This document shows, in pieces, positions 29,354 through 38,517 of a stretch of 61,394 nt of DNA; position 1 is the first letter of the stretch; each line of letters begins with the position of its first letter. Position numbers and translations under genes: made by a program. Under the pieces are notes generated by a model, which was not told the DNA's origin, searched no databases, and saw only the letters and a program-made list of their open reading frames with translations. This stretch comes from Candidatus Methanophagales archaeon (GTDB lineage Archaea; Halobacteriota; Syntropharchaeia; Alkanophagales; Methanospirareceae). The stretch lies in contig JANJFQ010000001.1 of assembly GCA_025435355.1 (NCBI GenBank), positions 1 to 61,394 of the forward strand, written 5' to 3'.

Positions 29354-30349
29354 ATGGGCATAAAAGAATCCATAGGCAAAGTGATAATGGATGGGCGAAC
29401 ATTAGTAGCAGTAATATTTGTAGCGATTTTGTGGCGAGCGGTCATTAGTCTTGATGGCGAGATAGCGCTTTGGGAAAGTATGTGTTCGGGTATTGCTCTT
29501 TTCATTTTTGGCTGGGTTCTCTTTGCTTACATGTATCTCAAGTCCAAGAACCTGGAGGGCTGGGTAATGTCGAACTGGATTTATCAAGGGATTGCCGTTA
29601 GCATGGTCTCAATAAACATTTACGTTGTTATTTACTATTCGATGAGATGGTTCGAGTTACTGCATGTAGAAGCTTATCCGCAAATGGATTACCTTTTCAG
29701 AAATATAAGATATATCGCATTAGTGGTGTTTTATTGCGCTGTAATATGGTCAGCGATATATCTAAAAAAGATGCACGAGGATTATATATCGCTATCCAGA
29801 GAGAAGGGTCTTCTGCGTCTCCTATCTCCCTATTTATACGTAAGGGGTAAAAAGCTGAGAGAAATGGGCATTAAAGAGTTGATAGGCACGGTGATAACTG
29901 ATGAACGAACATTATTAGTGATAGTAGGGTTAGCGTTTTTATGGCGAACAGTCATAAGCATTGACTATAATATAGCGCTTTGGGAAAGTATGTGTTCAGG
30001 TATCGCGCTCTTCATCATGGGCTGGCTTTTTTTCGCCTACATATATTCTATGTCTAAGAAACAGGAAGACTGGTTGGATTTGATTAAAGTCTATCATGGA
30101 ATTGCCATTGGTCTAACCGCTATAAACATTTATGTTCTCGTTTACTATGGAATGAGGTGGTATAGCTTAGCGGGCTTAGTAGAAGAAGTTTTTGTGCCAC
30201 TGGATTACCTTTTCAGAGATGCAAGATTTTTCGCATTAGCGATATTCTACTGTGCATCAATAGTGCTATCGAAATTTCTAAAAAGGGCGTATGAGGAATA
30301 TCGGTTGCTATCCGCGGAAGCGGAGAGCAGTAAATTATCCTCGCAGTAA
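29354..30349 (+). CDS. Unknown internally duplicated membrane protein, paralogue 3
   Basis: MGIKE...LWESMCSG..YY.MRW repeat twice; upstream promoter and leader match those of 19125. Confidence 0.85.
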   Translation: MGIKESIGKVIMDGRTLVAVIFVAILWRAVISLDGEIALWESMCSGIALFIFGWVLFAYMYLKSKNLEGWVMSNWIYQGIAVSMVSINIYVVIYYSMRWFELLHVEAYPQMDYLFRNIRYIALVVFYCAVIWSAIYLKKMHEDYISLSREKGLLRLLSPYLYVRGKKLREMGIKELIGTVITDERTLLVIVGLAFLWRTVISIDYNIALWESMCSGIALFIMGWLFFAYIYSMSKKQEDWLDLIKVYHGIAIGLTAINIYVLVYYGMRWYSLAGLVEEVFVPLDYLFRDARFFALAIFYCASIVLSKFLKRAYEEYRLLSAEAESSKLSSQ

Positions 30350-30376
30350 TTGCTCAATATCGATTTGCTTGTGATG

Positions 30377-32989
30377 CTAAAATTCTGCCTTCACAGTAAC
30401 TATCTCAAAAGGTTTCATCTTCAATTCTATTCTTTTACCATTTTTTTTCAACTTTTTTACCACACCCTCGTCCTCTTCCTCCAGCAGGTTCACCGCCTTG
30501 ACAGTCTTTGGCTCTCTGAACAGAGTTATTTCAGCATTCGTTTTTTCTCCCTTCGTCTCATAGAATCTTAGAATTGCTCCCTCTCCGTCCTCTGCCCTCT
30601 TAAGTGCGGATAAAACCACACTTTCCGGTTCCATTTTCAAAAAATACCGCTTCAAAGGCATTTTTTTGCCCTTCGGTAACTGCAATGCATCCAAAATGAA
30701 ATTGAATTCAAGAGCTTGCTTGTATGATGCGGCTTCTCTCCAATCTCCTCTGTGCGGATAAATGGAATATCTAAATACGTATCTTTTAAACTCCTGCGCA
30801 TCTGGAACAGGTATTGCAGGTCCTGTCCTACCATCCGAGGACAGCATTGAAACACTTCTGAGCAACGTCAAATAGATGTCTCCATCTCTTACCATGTTTT
30901 CCGGCGTACCCATGTGCATCACGGTCAAGCCCTTCTTTCCGTCAGAATAATCAAGCCACCTCAGCGATGGAAATACACCGCAGGGCCTCTCAACCCACTT
31001 CCCTTCCGGCTTACTTCTAAATTGGCATGTCGGACGGGAAACAACACCAAATTGTGTTCCGCATGCGTAATCAGAAGATTTTATGTCCGTGGAGAACCTG
31101 ACCCTGAGTCGTGCCCTCGGATGCTGGTCTTCTATATTCGTGATGAAATCTATTCTTGGGATGTCCTTATAAACTATAATTTTTTTCCCGCACGCTAGGT
31201 ATTTATGCTCCCATATAAGTGGTTCCAGCTTCTCCGTCAATCTGTACGGCCATCTCAGTGAAAAATAATCGGTTTTGACATTGATAACTCGTCTCAAAGG
31301 ACTTTCATTTATCCAGAAGTTCTTTACCCTGAACGAGCCGTACTTAACACCCTCGCCCGTTTCTGTTTTCACAGGGATATACAATTTTTGCAGATGGTAG
31401 TATAGGTCACCGGTTTCTTCCTCCAGCACAAGCTCATTCGCCATGCAAATCCTCTCGCCTTCTTGAATCACGTCAATTAACCCGGTGGCAGGGTCCGTCT
31501 CAACCCCAAAGAATCCATTTTCTATGGTGTTCCCCCTTATCAGGATATAATTCGGGTCATAACGATAATGTTTAGGCTCCCGCTCAAGGATCTTATAGAC
31601 CTTATATCCCAGTCCAGGAACAGTGGGAACAAATCCTATCCTCGCATATCTCAACGAGTCATCTTCATACCTCACAAACCGTATGACCTCTACATCTATT
31701 TCCTCTTCACCACTCATTAATCCTTTAATCGCTACTACTTCCCCTTTTTCAAAATTCAAATCCATCTCTACCCAGTCCTTCACTTCCCACGACAGCGAGT
31801 TAAATACTATTATATCCCCACTTTCAACTTCCCTTCCACCTTCTTCAGATTCCTGCTCTACTATTAAAGGGAACATGCGAGGGCAGAGGGTGCGCATTTT
31901 GGTCCTGAGGAAATGCAGATATTCTCTCACATCATCATAACCCCTGTCCATCCCTGTTCCCGGAACTACATCATGAAACGCGATGTACAAGATTTTTCGC
32001 CAGCAGTCTCTCAACTCATCAGAGGGATAGTAGCCATTCAGGATAGAGGATATTGTACACCATCGCTCGCAAGACAACAACCAACTTTCGTGGCTGCAAA
32101 GTCCCTGTTTTATCCACATCCTGCTCGAGCAGCAATCAGGAAAAACCGCGGAGTACTTCCCTGAATACATCTCCCCCTTCCTTACCTCCATCTTAAGATT
32201 CTTTTCCTCTATTTCCTTCTCCAGTGCTTCAAAGAATTCACTTGGCGTTGCAATCTTCATCTTCGCTACTTCTCCTTTATTCTCTTTCCATGCCTTCACA
32301 ACCTCCGGTGTTTCTGGTTGCGGCATCGTAACTCCGCTCCCGGAAGGCATCAAGATATGAGAGGTTGCTGCCACTTCCTTGAGTTTCTCATAGCTTTCTT
32401 CCAGCTTTGTCAAGTCCAACCCTGCCCTGTATCCTAAAGGCATCCAGTGAGCTAAAATTATCGTTTCATCCAAACCCTTCCAGAAGAATTCCGAGGGCTT
32501 TCTCTTCGATGCCCCCCTTCTGAATGCAACATATTTGTAGCCGGATTTTTTGTATATCTGCGGGAGCTGGGCATTCAAACCAAAACTGTCTGCCTGCCAC
32601 ATTACCGGAACATCAACCCCGAACTTTGCCCTTATATATCTCTTACCCATCAAGATTTCTCTTATCAGTGTCTCTCCTTCCGGGAGCATTGTATCTGCCA
32701 TCAGGTATTCTCCGTCAGCAATCTCTATCTTGCCTTCCTTTATGCACTTCGCAATCTTTGAGAACAGTTCTGGATACCTTTTCTCCATCTCCTCCAGCAG
32801 AAAGGTTTGCTCTATCAAGAACTTGTAATCTGTCTTCTCAACAAGCCCAACCACTTCCTTCAGAATGAGCAGCATATTGATATAAAAATAATTCTCCTTC
32901 GTGAAGACCCAGATGGCATCGTAATGCGTGTGTGGGACGAGGTAAATCGTGTCTTTTTCTTTTTTCTTCCCGTTTGTCATATCTTTCAT
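30377..32989 (-). CDS. Glycoside hydrolase family 38 alpha-mannosidase
   Basis: VPHTHYD Zn motif, WQADSFG nucleophile region, FHDVVPGT, LTLLRS, C-terminal LKRAED...RFYE...KPFEIVT. Confidence 0.9.
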   Translation of the reverse strand: MKDMTNGKKKEKDTIYLVPHTHYDAIWVFTKENYFYINMLLILKEVVGLVEKTDYKFLIEQTFLLEEMEKRYPELFSKIAKCIKEGKIEIADGEYLMADTMLPEGETLIREILMGKRYIRAKFGVDVPVMWQADSFGLNAQLPQIYKKSGYKYVAFRRGASKRKPSEFFWKGLDETIILAHWMPLGYRAGLDLTKLEESYEKLKEVAATSHILMPSGSGVTMPQPETPEVVKAWKENKGEVAKMKIATPSEFFEALEKEIEEKNLKMEVRKGEMYSGKYSAVFPDCCSSRMWIKQGLCSHESWLLSCERWCTISSILNGYYPSDELRDCWRKILYIAFHDVVPGTGMDRGYDDVREYLHFLRTKMRTLCPRMFPLIVEQESEEGGREVESGDIIVFNSLSWEVKDWVEMDLNFEKGEVVAIKGLMSGEEEIDVEVIRFVRYEDDSLRYARIGFVPTVPGLGYKVYKILEREPKHYRYDPNYILIRGNTIENGFFGVETDPATGLIDVIQEGERICMANELVLEEETGDLYYHLQKLYIPVKTETGEGVKYGSFRVKNFWINESPLRRVINVKTDYFSLRWPYRLTEKLEPLIWEHKYLACGKKIIVYKDIPRIDFITNIEDQHPRARLRVRFSTDIKSSDYACGTQFGVVSRPTCQFRSKPEGKWVERPCGVFPSLRWLDYSDGKKGLTVMHMGTPENMVRDGDIYLTLLRSVSMLSSDGRTGPAIPVPDAQEFKRYVFRYSIYPHRGDWREAASYKQALEFNFILDALQLPKGKKMPLKRYFLKMEPESVVLSALKRAEDGEGAILRFYETKGEKTNAEITLFREPKTVKAVNLLEEEDEGVVKKLKKNGKRIELKMKPFEIVTVKAEF

Positions 32990-33150
32990 TTCAGCTTGTG
33001 TCAATACTTTCAAAAAAAATCCATATCTCTTTAGGCTTGAGAGCACAGCCTCTACAATGCTTCATAACTGTTTTTTTCTTTTAATTGCAAGAATACTGCA
33101 GGAAACGTTTTAAAATAAGGGATAGCTATACAAATACATGTAAATTATCA

Positions 33151-34554
33151 TCATACAAAAGGGATGAGCTTTAATTTAAGAGCCTCTTCGGTGATAATAT
33201 TCTCCAAGCAATGTAACTTGGTATCAGGGCGATTGCAATAAAGGATAACACTCCTGTCGAGCACGGTCACCTTAAAGCGATTTGTTACCATGTGACCCAG
33301 CTCTTCGCCCAATGCGCCTCCGGTAGGCATTCCAAATACTGCTACATTTCCCGCCTCTCTTATCTCCATTACCCAGTATGAGAATAACTCCGCCATTCTC
33401 TCAAGGTTGCCCGGCATTTTCAAGCGATATTGGTACTCTAACAAATCAGTTCCGATGATAACCATGACTGGGGGTTCTAAACCGGAAATGAAATCCGTGA
33501 ACAACGGAAAATCTTCCTCCATTGATTCTCCTTTCAAAACTTTCACGTTCTCTCTTACTTCTTTCCTCTCCTTTCTTATCTCAAAGACTGTGAAATACTT
33601 CATATAATCCTCTTCCTTCACGAAGGGCAATATCCCCCTCCTTAACCTCCTCTCGTCCCATCCACTGCTCGGAATCTTCACGCAATGGTTCCCTTGCTGT
33701 ATATTGTTTATAATCATGTGAGCGACGATGGATTGGTATCCTAAAAGGGATAAATCATCTCCATATTCTACTATCGTGGTACTTCCCTTGCTTAATCCGC
33801 CTTCCACAATCCTATCCAATTCCACGCAACCCGTAGATATATTTGTGGCGGTATTTGGCACAATCTCTACCCTTCTCGGCTTCTCTATTTTCCTCCTCTG
33901 GAAAGAACGGAAAAAACGGAATCTGCCACCATCTAAGGTAAAACCATATTTGTGCTGGTCTATTCGGATACCTCTTAATTTCTTTAGCACCATTTCCCTT
34001 GCCCTCCGATAGTCTATGGTCATGCGGCTTAGCTCTACTATTCCATCAACTATATAATCAAGCGGAGTGGTGTCAGTTGTTTCCGATATGAGTATCAAAT
34101 TCATTTTGTATTGCGTTGCATAATTCCTTACCAGGTCGGTTATTGCAGCTTCCAGCACTTCCCTCTTATCCTCTTTTCCCCCCGATATTATCGCCTCCCA
34201 GCTATCAATTACGAGTGTAGCGGGTTTTCCTGCCTCTACCATTTTCACGTGAAGAATATCAGAAATAGGGGGCGCTCTTGGAAACGCCTTTGATGAAATA
34301 TACAACTTAGTTGCATCTACCACGCTAAAACCGACACGTTCTTCCAACCATGGAAATTGGTTGTAAAGAGCAGGAAGTGAAACCCTCGCTGAAAGATATA
34401 CGGCATTCTCGCCTCCGAACTCGTCGAGCATTTCAAATGCAAGCATTGTCTTCCCCGTGCCCGGCTCCCCCTTTATCAGCAGCGAATACCCTTCCCCTGC
34501 TGATAGCGCCGCCCTCAATTCAGGTGGTATTCTGCTATTCATATCATTCAACAT
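33151..34554 (-). CDS. KaiC/GvpD-like tandem RecA-fold ATPase (paralogue 2)
   Basis: GEPGTGKT, LVIDSWE; degenerate second P-loop; 3' end nearly identical to the 22407 copy. Confidence 0.85.
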   Translation of the reverse strand: MLNDMNSRIPPELRAALSAGEGYSLLIKGEPGTGKTMLAFEMLDEFGGENAVYLSARVSLPALYNQFPWLEERVGFSVVDATKLYISSKAFPRAPPISDILHVKMVEAGKPATLVIDSWEAIISGGKEDKREVLEAAITDLVRNYATQYKMNLILISETTDTTPLDYIVDGIVELSRMTIDYRRAREMVLKKLRGIRIDQHKYGFTLDGGRFRFFRSFQRRKIEKPRRVEIVPNTATNISTGCVELDRIVEGGLSKGSTTIVEYGDDLSLLGYQSIVAHMIINNIQQGNHCVKIPSSGWDERRLRRGILPFVKEEDYMKYFTVFEIRKERKEVRENVKVLKGESMEEDFPLFTDFISGLEPPVMVIIGTDLLEYQYRLKMPGNLERMAELFSYWVMEIREAGNVAVFGMPTGGALGEELGHMVTNRFKVTVLDRSVILYCNRPDTKLHCLENIITEEALKLKLIPFV

Positions 34555-34593
34555 AAGCGATTCATAAATAAAAAACCTTTCGGTTTTTTGAAT

Positions 34594-34860
34594 TTATGGA
34601 GGGAAAAGCATTTCCCGGTACAGGATAACGGCTTTAAGCGCGTAAAAAAATAGATACGCCATCACACAAAGAACAACGAAAAGAACACCCATGAAAAGAC
34701 CGAAGTAATAACCTAAACTCTCCACTTCTACTTCAGGGCAATTTTCCTTTATTAATTCCAATGTCTCAGGGTCACATGAACCCAAACCACGGATGAGCCT
34801 AATGGTGCATGCGGGACATCTAATAAAACATTTAATTGCACTGCCGAATTTACTTCCCAT
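34594..34860 (-). CDS. Small Cys-containing single-TM protein (paralogue of 21138)
   Basis: KCFIRCPACTIRL, CPEVEVESLGYYFGLF; RBS GGAGGT upstream. Confidence 0.78.
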   Translation of the reverse strand: MGSKFGSAIKCFIRCPACTIRLIRGLGSCDPETLELIKENCPEVEVESLGYYFGLFMGVLFVVLCVMAYLFFYALKAVILYREMLFPP

Positions 34861-34915
34861 CTCCTTTACCTCCTTTTATACTTATGATCTATAAATATTT
34901 CGTTATTTATCGCCA

Positions 34916-36412
34916 TTATAATAGTCCTATTACAGAGTGGAGGAGATCCATGATGGGTTCAGGATACAAGCCTATGATGAAAGATATAACTGCCAGGATG
35001 AGAAGAGGAATACTCATCGTTAATGGCGGGTCCCTAATCTTAGCGTTATTTGCTAGTTCGGGCTTTAAGGGACCAAAGAATATTCTATGCGCAGCCCAGA
35101 ATGTATAAGCACCCGTTAATATGGTTGAGAGGATACCCAGACTTGCAATTACCAGTCCTATGGAAGTTGGATTTGCACTGAAAATGCCGGTAAACAATAT
35201 CCATTTTCCTGTAAATCCACTTGTGAGAGGAACACCTGTGAGTATTACTGCGCCTGCTATCCAGAGCGTAGCGGATATTGGCATCTTATGTATAAGTCCA
35301 CCCATCTTACTCATATTCCTGATCCCCGTTACATAAACTATTATACCGGCAGTTGAAAAGAGAATGGCTTTACCCAGGATATGACTCAGGAAGTAATAGA
35401 CTCCGCCTTCAATACTCCAGATTGTGAGTGCTCCCAGCCCAATGAGCGAGTATGATATCTGACCGATAGTTGAGCACGCACAGAGTCGCTTCACGTCATC
35501 TTGAGCCAGCGTGAGAAGAGCGCCATATACTATGGTTATCAGAGCCATTATCATAATAGGTATGCCGAACACTTTGAGGTCATTATGGAGTGGCAGGATG
35601 AGAACCCTAACAATCACATACGCAGCTATATTAGCATAAACGGCAAGCAATCCCGCTATGCAGGTGGGATGCTCTGCGTGAACCGAGGGCATCCAAACGT
35701 GAAGCGGAAATACTGCCATCTTGGTAAATAGACCGAGAAAGATAAGTAATGCAATCCAAAAAGCCATTGGATTCCCTGCAAGAGCATGTAACTCTGAGAT
35801 TTCAAAGGTACCCATCTGAGAGTAAACTAATACAGACCCAAATAAGACGAATGTTCCACCAACAATTCCCCATAGGAAACACATTACGGCAACTCTAAAG
35901 CGCTCTACATAGCCAAAGTAACTCATGATGAAGTAAAGGGGAATAACGAGTAATTCTATAAAGAGGTATATTATTATGAGGTTTGTAGCAAAGCAAATAC
36001 CAAGGAAACTTATGGGGAAGAGGAGGTAGAGCCAGAAATAGGTGGTGTAATACGCAAGCCGTGTCTTTTCATCTTCGTCTTCATATATTACCTCTAATCG
36101 GTGTTCTACATAGTGCAGTGAGTAAAACGAAAGAGCGGTGCATATTATATTTATTATCAATGCAACAGGTAGACTCAAACCGTCAGCCAAAAGCCCAAAG
36201 GTCACATAGGGCCCCCACACATATTCCTCGCGAATCACCGTACCCTGATAAACGCGGATGCCCGCTATGAAGAGAAGAGCAGTAGTGTATAGTAGAGCCA
36301 TAATGGGTATCCATCCAGCTCTTCTTCCTATTTTGCGCCTGGTTAAAAGTATGACCAGAGCGGCTATAACTGGCACGAGCATTGTTTGCAGGAGAATATA
36401 GGGTATCATCAT
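34916..36412 (-). CDS. NuoM/FpoM-like antiporter-type subunit
   Basis: ADGLSLP, FIELLVIPLYF, TKMAVFPLHVWMP; clearly divergent from the D1-D3 classes. Confidence 0.82.
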   Translation of the reverse strand: MMIPYILLQTMLVPVIAALVILLTRRKIGRRAGWIPIMALLYTTALLFIAGIRVYQGTVIREEYVWGPYVTFGLLADGLSLPVALIINIICTALSFYSLHYVEHRLEVIYEDEDEKTRLAYYTTYFWLYLLFPISFLGICFATNLIIIYLFIELLVIPLYFIMSYFGYVERFRVAVMCFLWGIVGGTFVLFGSVLVYSQMGTFEISELHALAGNPMAFWIALLIFLGLFTKMAVFPLHVWMPSVHAEHPTCIAGLLAVYANIAAYVIVRVLILPLHNDLKVFGIPIMIMALITIVYGALLTLAQDDVKRLCACSTIGQISYSLIGLGALTIWSIEGGVYYFLSHILGKAILFSTAGIIVYVTGIRNMSKMGGLIHKMPISATLWIAGAVILTGVPLTSGFTGKWILFTGIFSANPTSIGLVIASLGILSTILTGAYTFWAAHRIFFGPLKPELANNAKIRDPPLTMSIPLLILAVISFIIGLYPEPIMDLLHSVIGLL

Positions 36413-38229
36413 TCCACCACCACCGTAAATAGTATATAGACGAGAAGGACGAACATAGCAAGAAGTATGTAGAGTAAATTATACGACAACTCTCTATCCT
36501 TAATTTGCTTTATTTTGTCATGGATCTCTTTGAAATTGAGTAGTTCCGGAAGTCTCACGTGAAACGCTTTATCCAGTGGATTCTCAACATACGTAACTAC
36601 GAGGGGCCAAAAATCATTGCCGAAAAAACCTGCCATTCTCATTACATTACGGTCAACGTAGTTCGCGAACGCCATTAACGGCTTCTCGCAGAACCATATA
36701 ACCCTCTTCCCCGGTATTCGATAGAACCAGTCGGTATCAAGCGTGATTGTTGGCGTACCATGAAGCATTCCCTTTAGCAGCCAAAACGCTACGAATGTGA
36801 ACAGAAGGAGCTGGCTCATTGCTACCACATGACCAGCCGCATAAGGAACGTAATCAACTGGATAAGGAAGCATGTTGTAAAGTATTTTTGGATACACACC
36901 GAGAAGTGTGCACAAAAACGCGGTTATGCCCATTGCGGCAAGCATATTCTTAGGTGGCTCCCTTGCCTCGCATACTGGCTCCTTTCTTGCAAACCACGCG
37001 CCCCACGGAAGTTTCAAACCGGTATGCAGGAAGGTTCCAATCGAAGCGCCTTCGAGCATCAGCCATATAATTGAATAATGCCACATCGCAGAGGCAGTGA
37101 CAACCATTGTCTTGCTCACGAATCCGTTGAATAGAGGAAATCCGGAAATCGAAAATGCGCCGATCATATAAAGCCAAAAAGTGATGGGCATGTATTTGTA
37201 GATACCACCCAATTCGGTCAGTTTGCTTCTTCCCGTTACCTCTATTATTGCACCCATACCCATGAAAAGGAGCGCTTTGTAAAGGATATGGCAGAAAGCA
37301 TGCGCAGCCGCACCATTTATTGCCATTTCTCCAGCCGCAGTGCCAAAAACGCCCATCCCCACCCCGCATACCATGTATCCCACCTGGGAGATGATATGAT
37401 ATGCAAGAAGTCTTCTTATATCATTCTCAAGTACTGCAAATACAACCCCATACAGCGCCATGATCGCTCCTAACCATATCAGAACCTCAACACCCGGAAA
37501 GCCTCTTATCAGCACGTATATCGCACTCTTCGTGGTAAATGCAGTTAAAAACACCGCTCCGGTAACCGTCGCTTCCGGATACGCATCCGCCAGCCAAGCA
37601 CCTAAAGGAGGCACGGCAGCATTTATGATAAATGCGAGAAATATAAGATAAGAAGCCAGATACTCACTTCCTAATCCCCATTCAAAACTTTCAAATGCGA
37701 TAGAACCCGTAGCTTGCAACTGTAACACAACACCTGCTAATAGGCATATACCGCCAAACATGTGCACCATGATAAACCTGAATCCCGCACCGTATGCTGC
37801 CTTCGTTTTACGATACCAAATTAAGAGCATTGATGACCATGCCATCACTTCCCAGAAGAAGAATAGAGTAAAGAGGTCGCCTGCGAATACCACTCCCAGC
37901 GTGCTGCCGACGTAGAAGAAAGCGGCTAAATGCTGCCCCGTCTCGCTTACATGAAGTGCATAAATCGTCATGCAAAAGGATGCAATCACGAATACGTATG
38001 CGAATACCATGCTCAGCCGGTCCACTCTCCCGAGGGTAAGCTCGTATCCCATGAAGGAGAGCTGCCAGAAAGGGCCAGTCCCGAATACGCCCTTTGATAT
38101 GAGTATGAGGTCAATAAACGCTACTGCGGGCAACAGAAGCAAATACACCTGCCTCCCTTTACCCTTTAACACGGGTATCAAAAGGGCTCCTAAGAGAAAT
38201 ATAAGTCCTGGGTGCAACCATTCAATCAC
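36409..38229 (-). CDS. Antiporter-like subunit, D3 class, with a different C-terminal tail
   Basis: Nearly identical to 23996 up to ...MRMAGFF, then an unrelated tail. Confidence 0.9.
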   Translation of the reverse strand: MIEWLHPGLIFLLGALLIPVLKGKGRQVYLLLLPAVAFIDLILISKGVFGTGPFWQLSFMGYELTLGRVDRLSMVFAYVFVIASFCMTIYALHVSETGQHLAAFFYVGSTLGVVFAGDLFTLFFFWEVMAWSSMLLIWYRKTKAAYGAGFRFIMVHMFGGICLLAGVVLQLQATGSIAFESFEWGLGSEYLASYLIFLAFIINAAVPPLGAWLADAYPEATVTGAVFLTAFTTKSAIYVLIRGFPGVEVLIWLGAIMALYGVVFAVLENDIRRLLAYHIISQVGYMVCGVGMGVFGTAAGEMAINGAAAHAFCHILYKALLFMGMGAIIEVTGRSKLTELGGIYKYMPITFWLYMIGAFSISGFPLFNGFVSKTMVVTASAMWHYSIIWLMLEGASIGTFLHTGLKLPWGAWFARKEPVCEAREPPKNMLAAMGITAFLCTLLGVYPKILYNMLPYPVDYVPYAAGHVVAMSQLLLFTFVAFWLLKGMLHGTPTITLDTDWFYRIPGKRVIWFCEKPLMAFANYVDRNVMRMAGFFGNDFWPLVVTYVENPLDKAFHVRLPELLNFKEIHDKIKQIKDRELSYNLLYILLAMFVLLVYILFTVVVE

Positions 38230-38277
38230 TATCTATCACCTCCAGAGCGCACGGCGCTCATTTTCAAGGTGCATTTT

Positions 38278-38514
38278 TCAGTGCTTCTCATAGTAATCCT
38301 CCTCCTTCTGAAGCCAGTGATGTCCAAGCGCTTTCGACGCAACGATGATGATAATACAACCGATAAAGCCGTATATAGCACTGAAAACGGGTAATTTCTC
38401 CCACCAGAAATGAGGATGAAGAAGGTGTAAATGGTAAACGAGAATGCCAGCTAAGACACTCGCCGCAAGACTTACATAAAGCATCAAAAACAAATGTCTC
38501 ATTTTTATTTCCAT
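38278..38514 (-). CDS. Small 2-TM Mrp-cassette protein
   Basis: HPHFWWEKLPVFSAIYGFIGC...GHHWLQKEEDYY. Confidence 0.85.
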   Translation of the reverse strand: MEIKMRHLFLMLYVSLAASVLAGILVYHLHLLHPHFWWEKLPVFSAIYGFIGCIIIIVASKALGHHWLQKEEDYYEKH

Positions 38515-38517
38515 TTT

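Noticed and set aside
22407..34554. Gas vesicle or circadian clock system
   Set aside because: No gvpA-type or kaiA/kaiB genes in the window; only the ATPase fold is shared.
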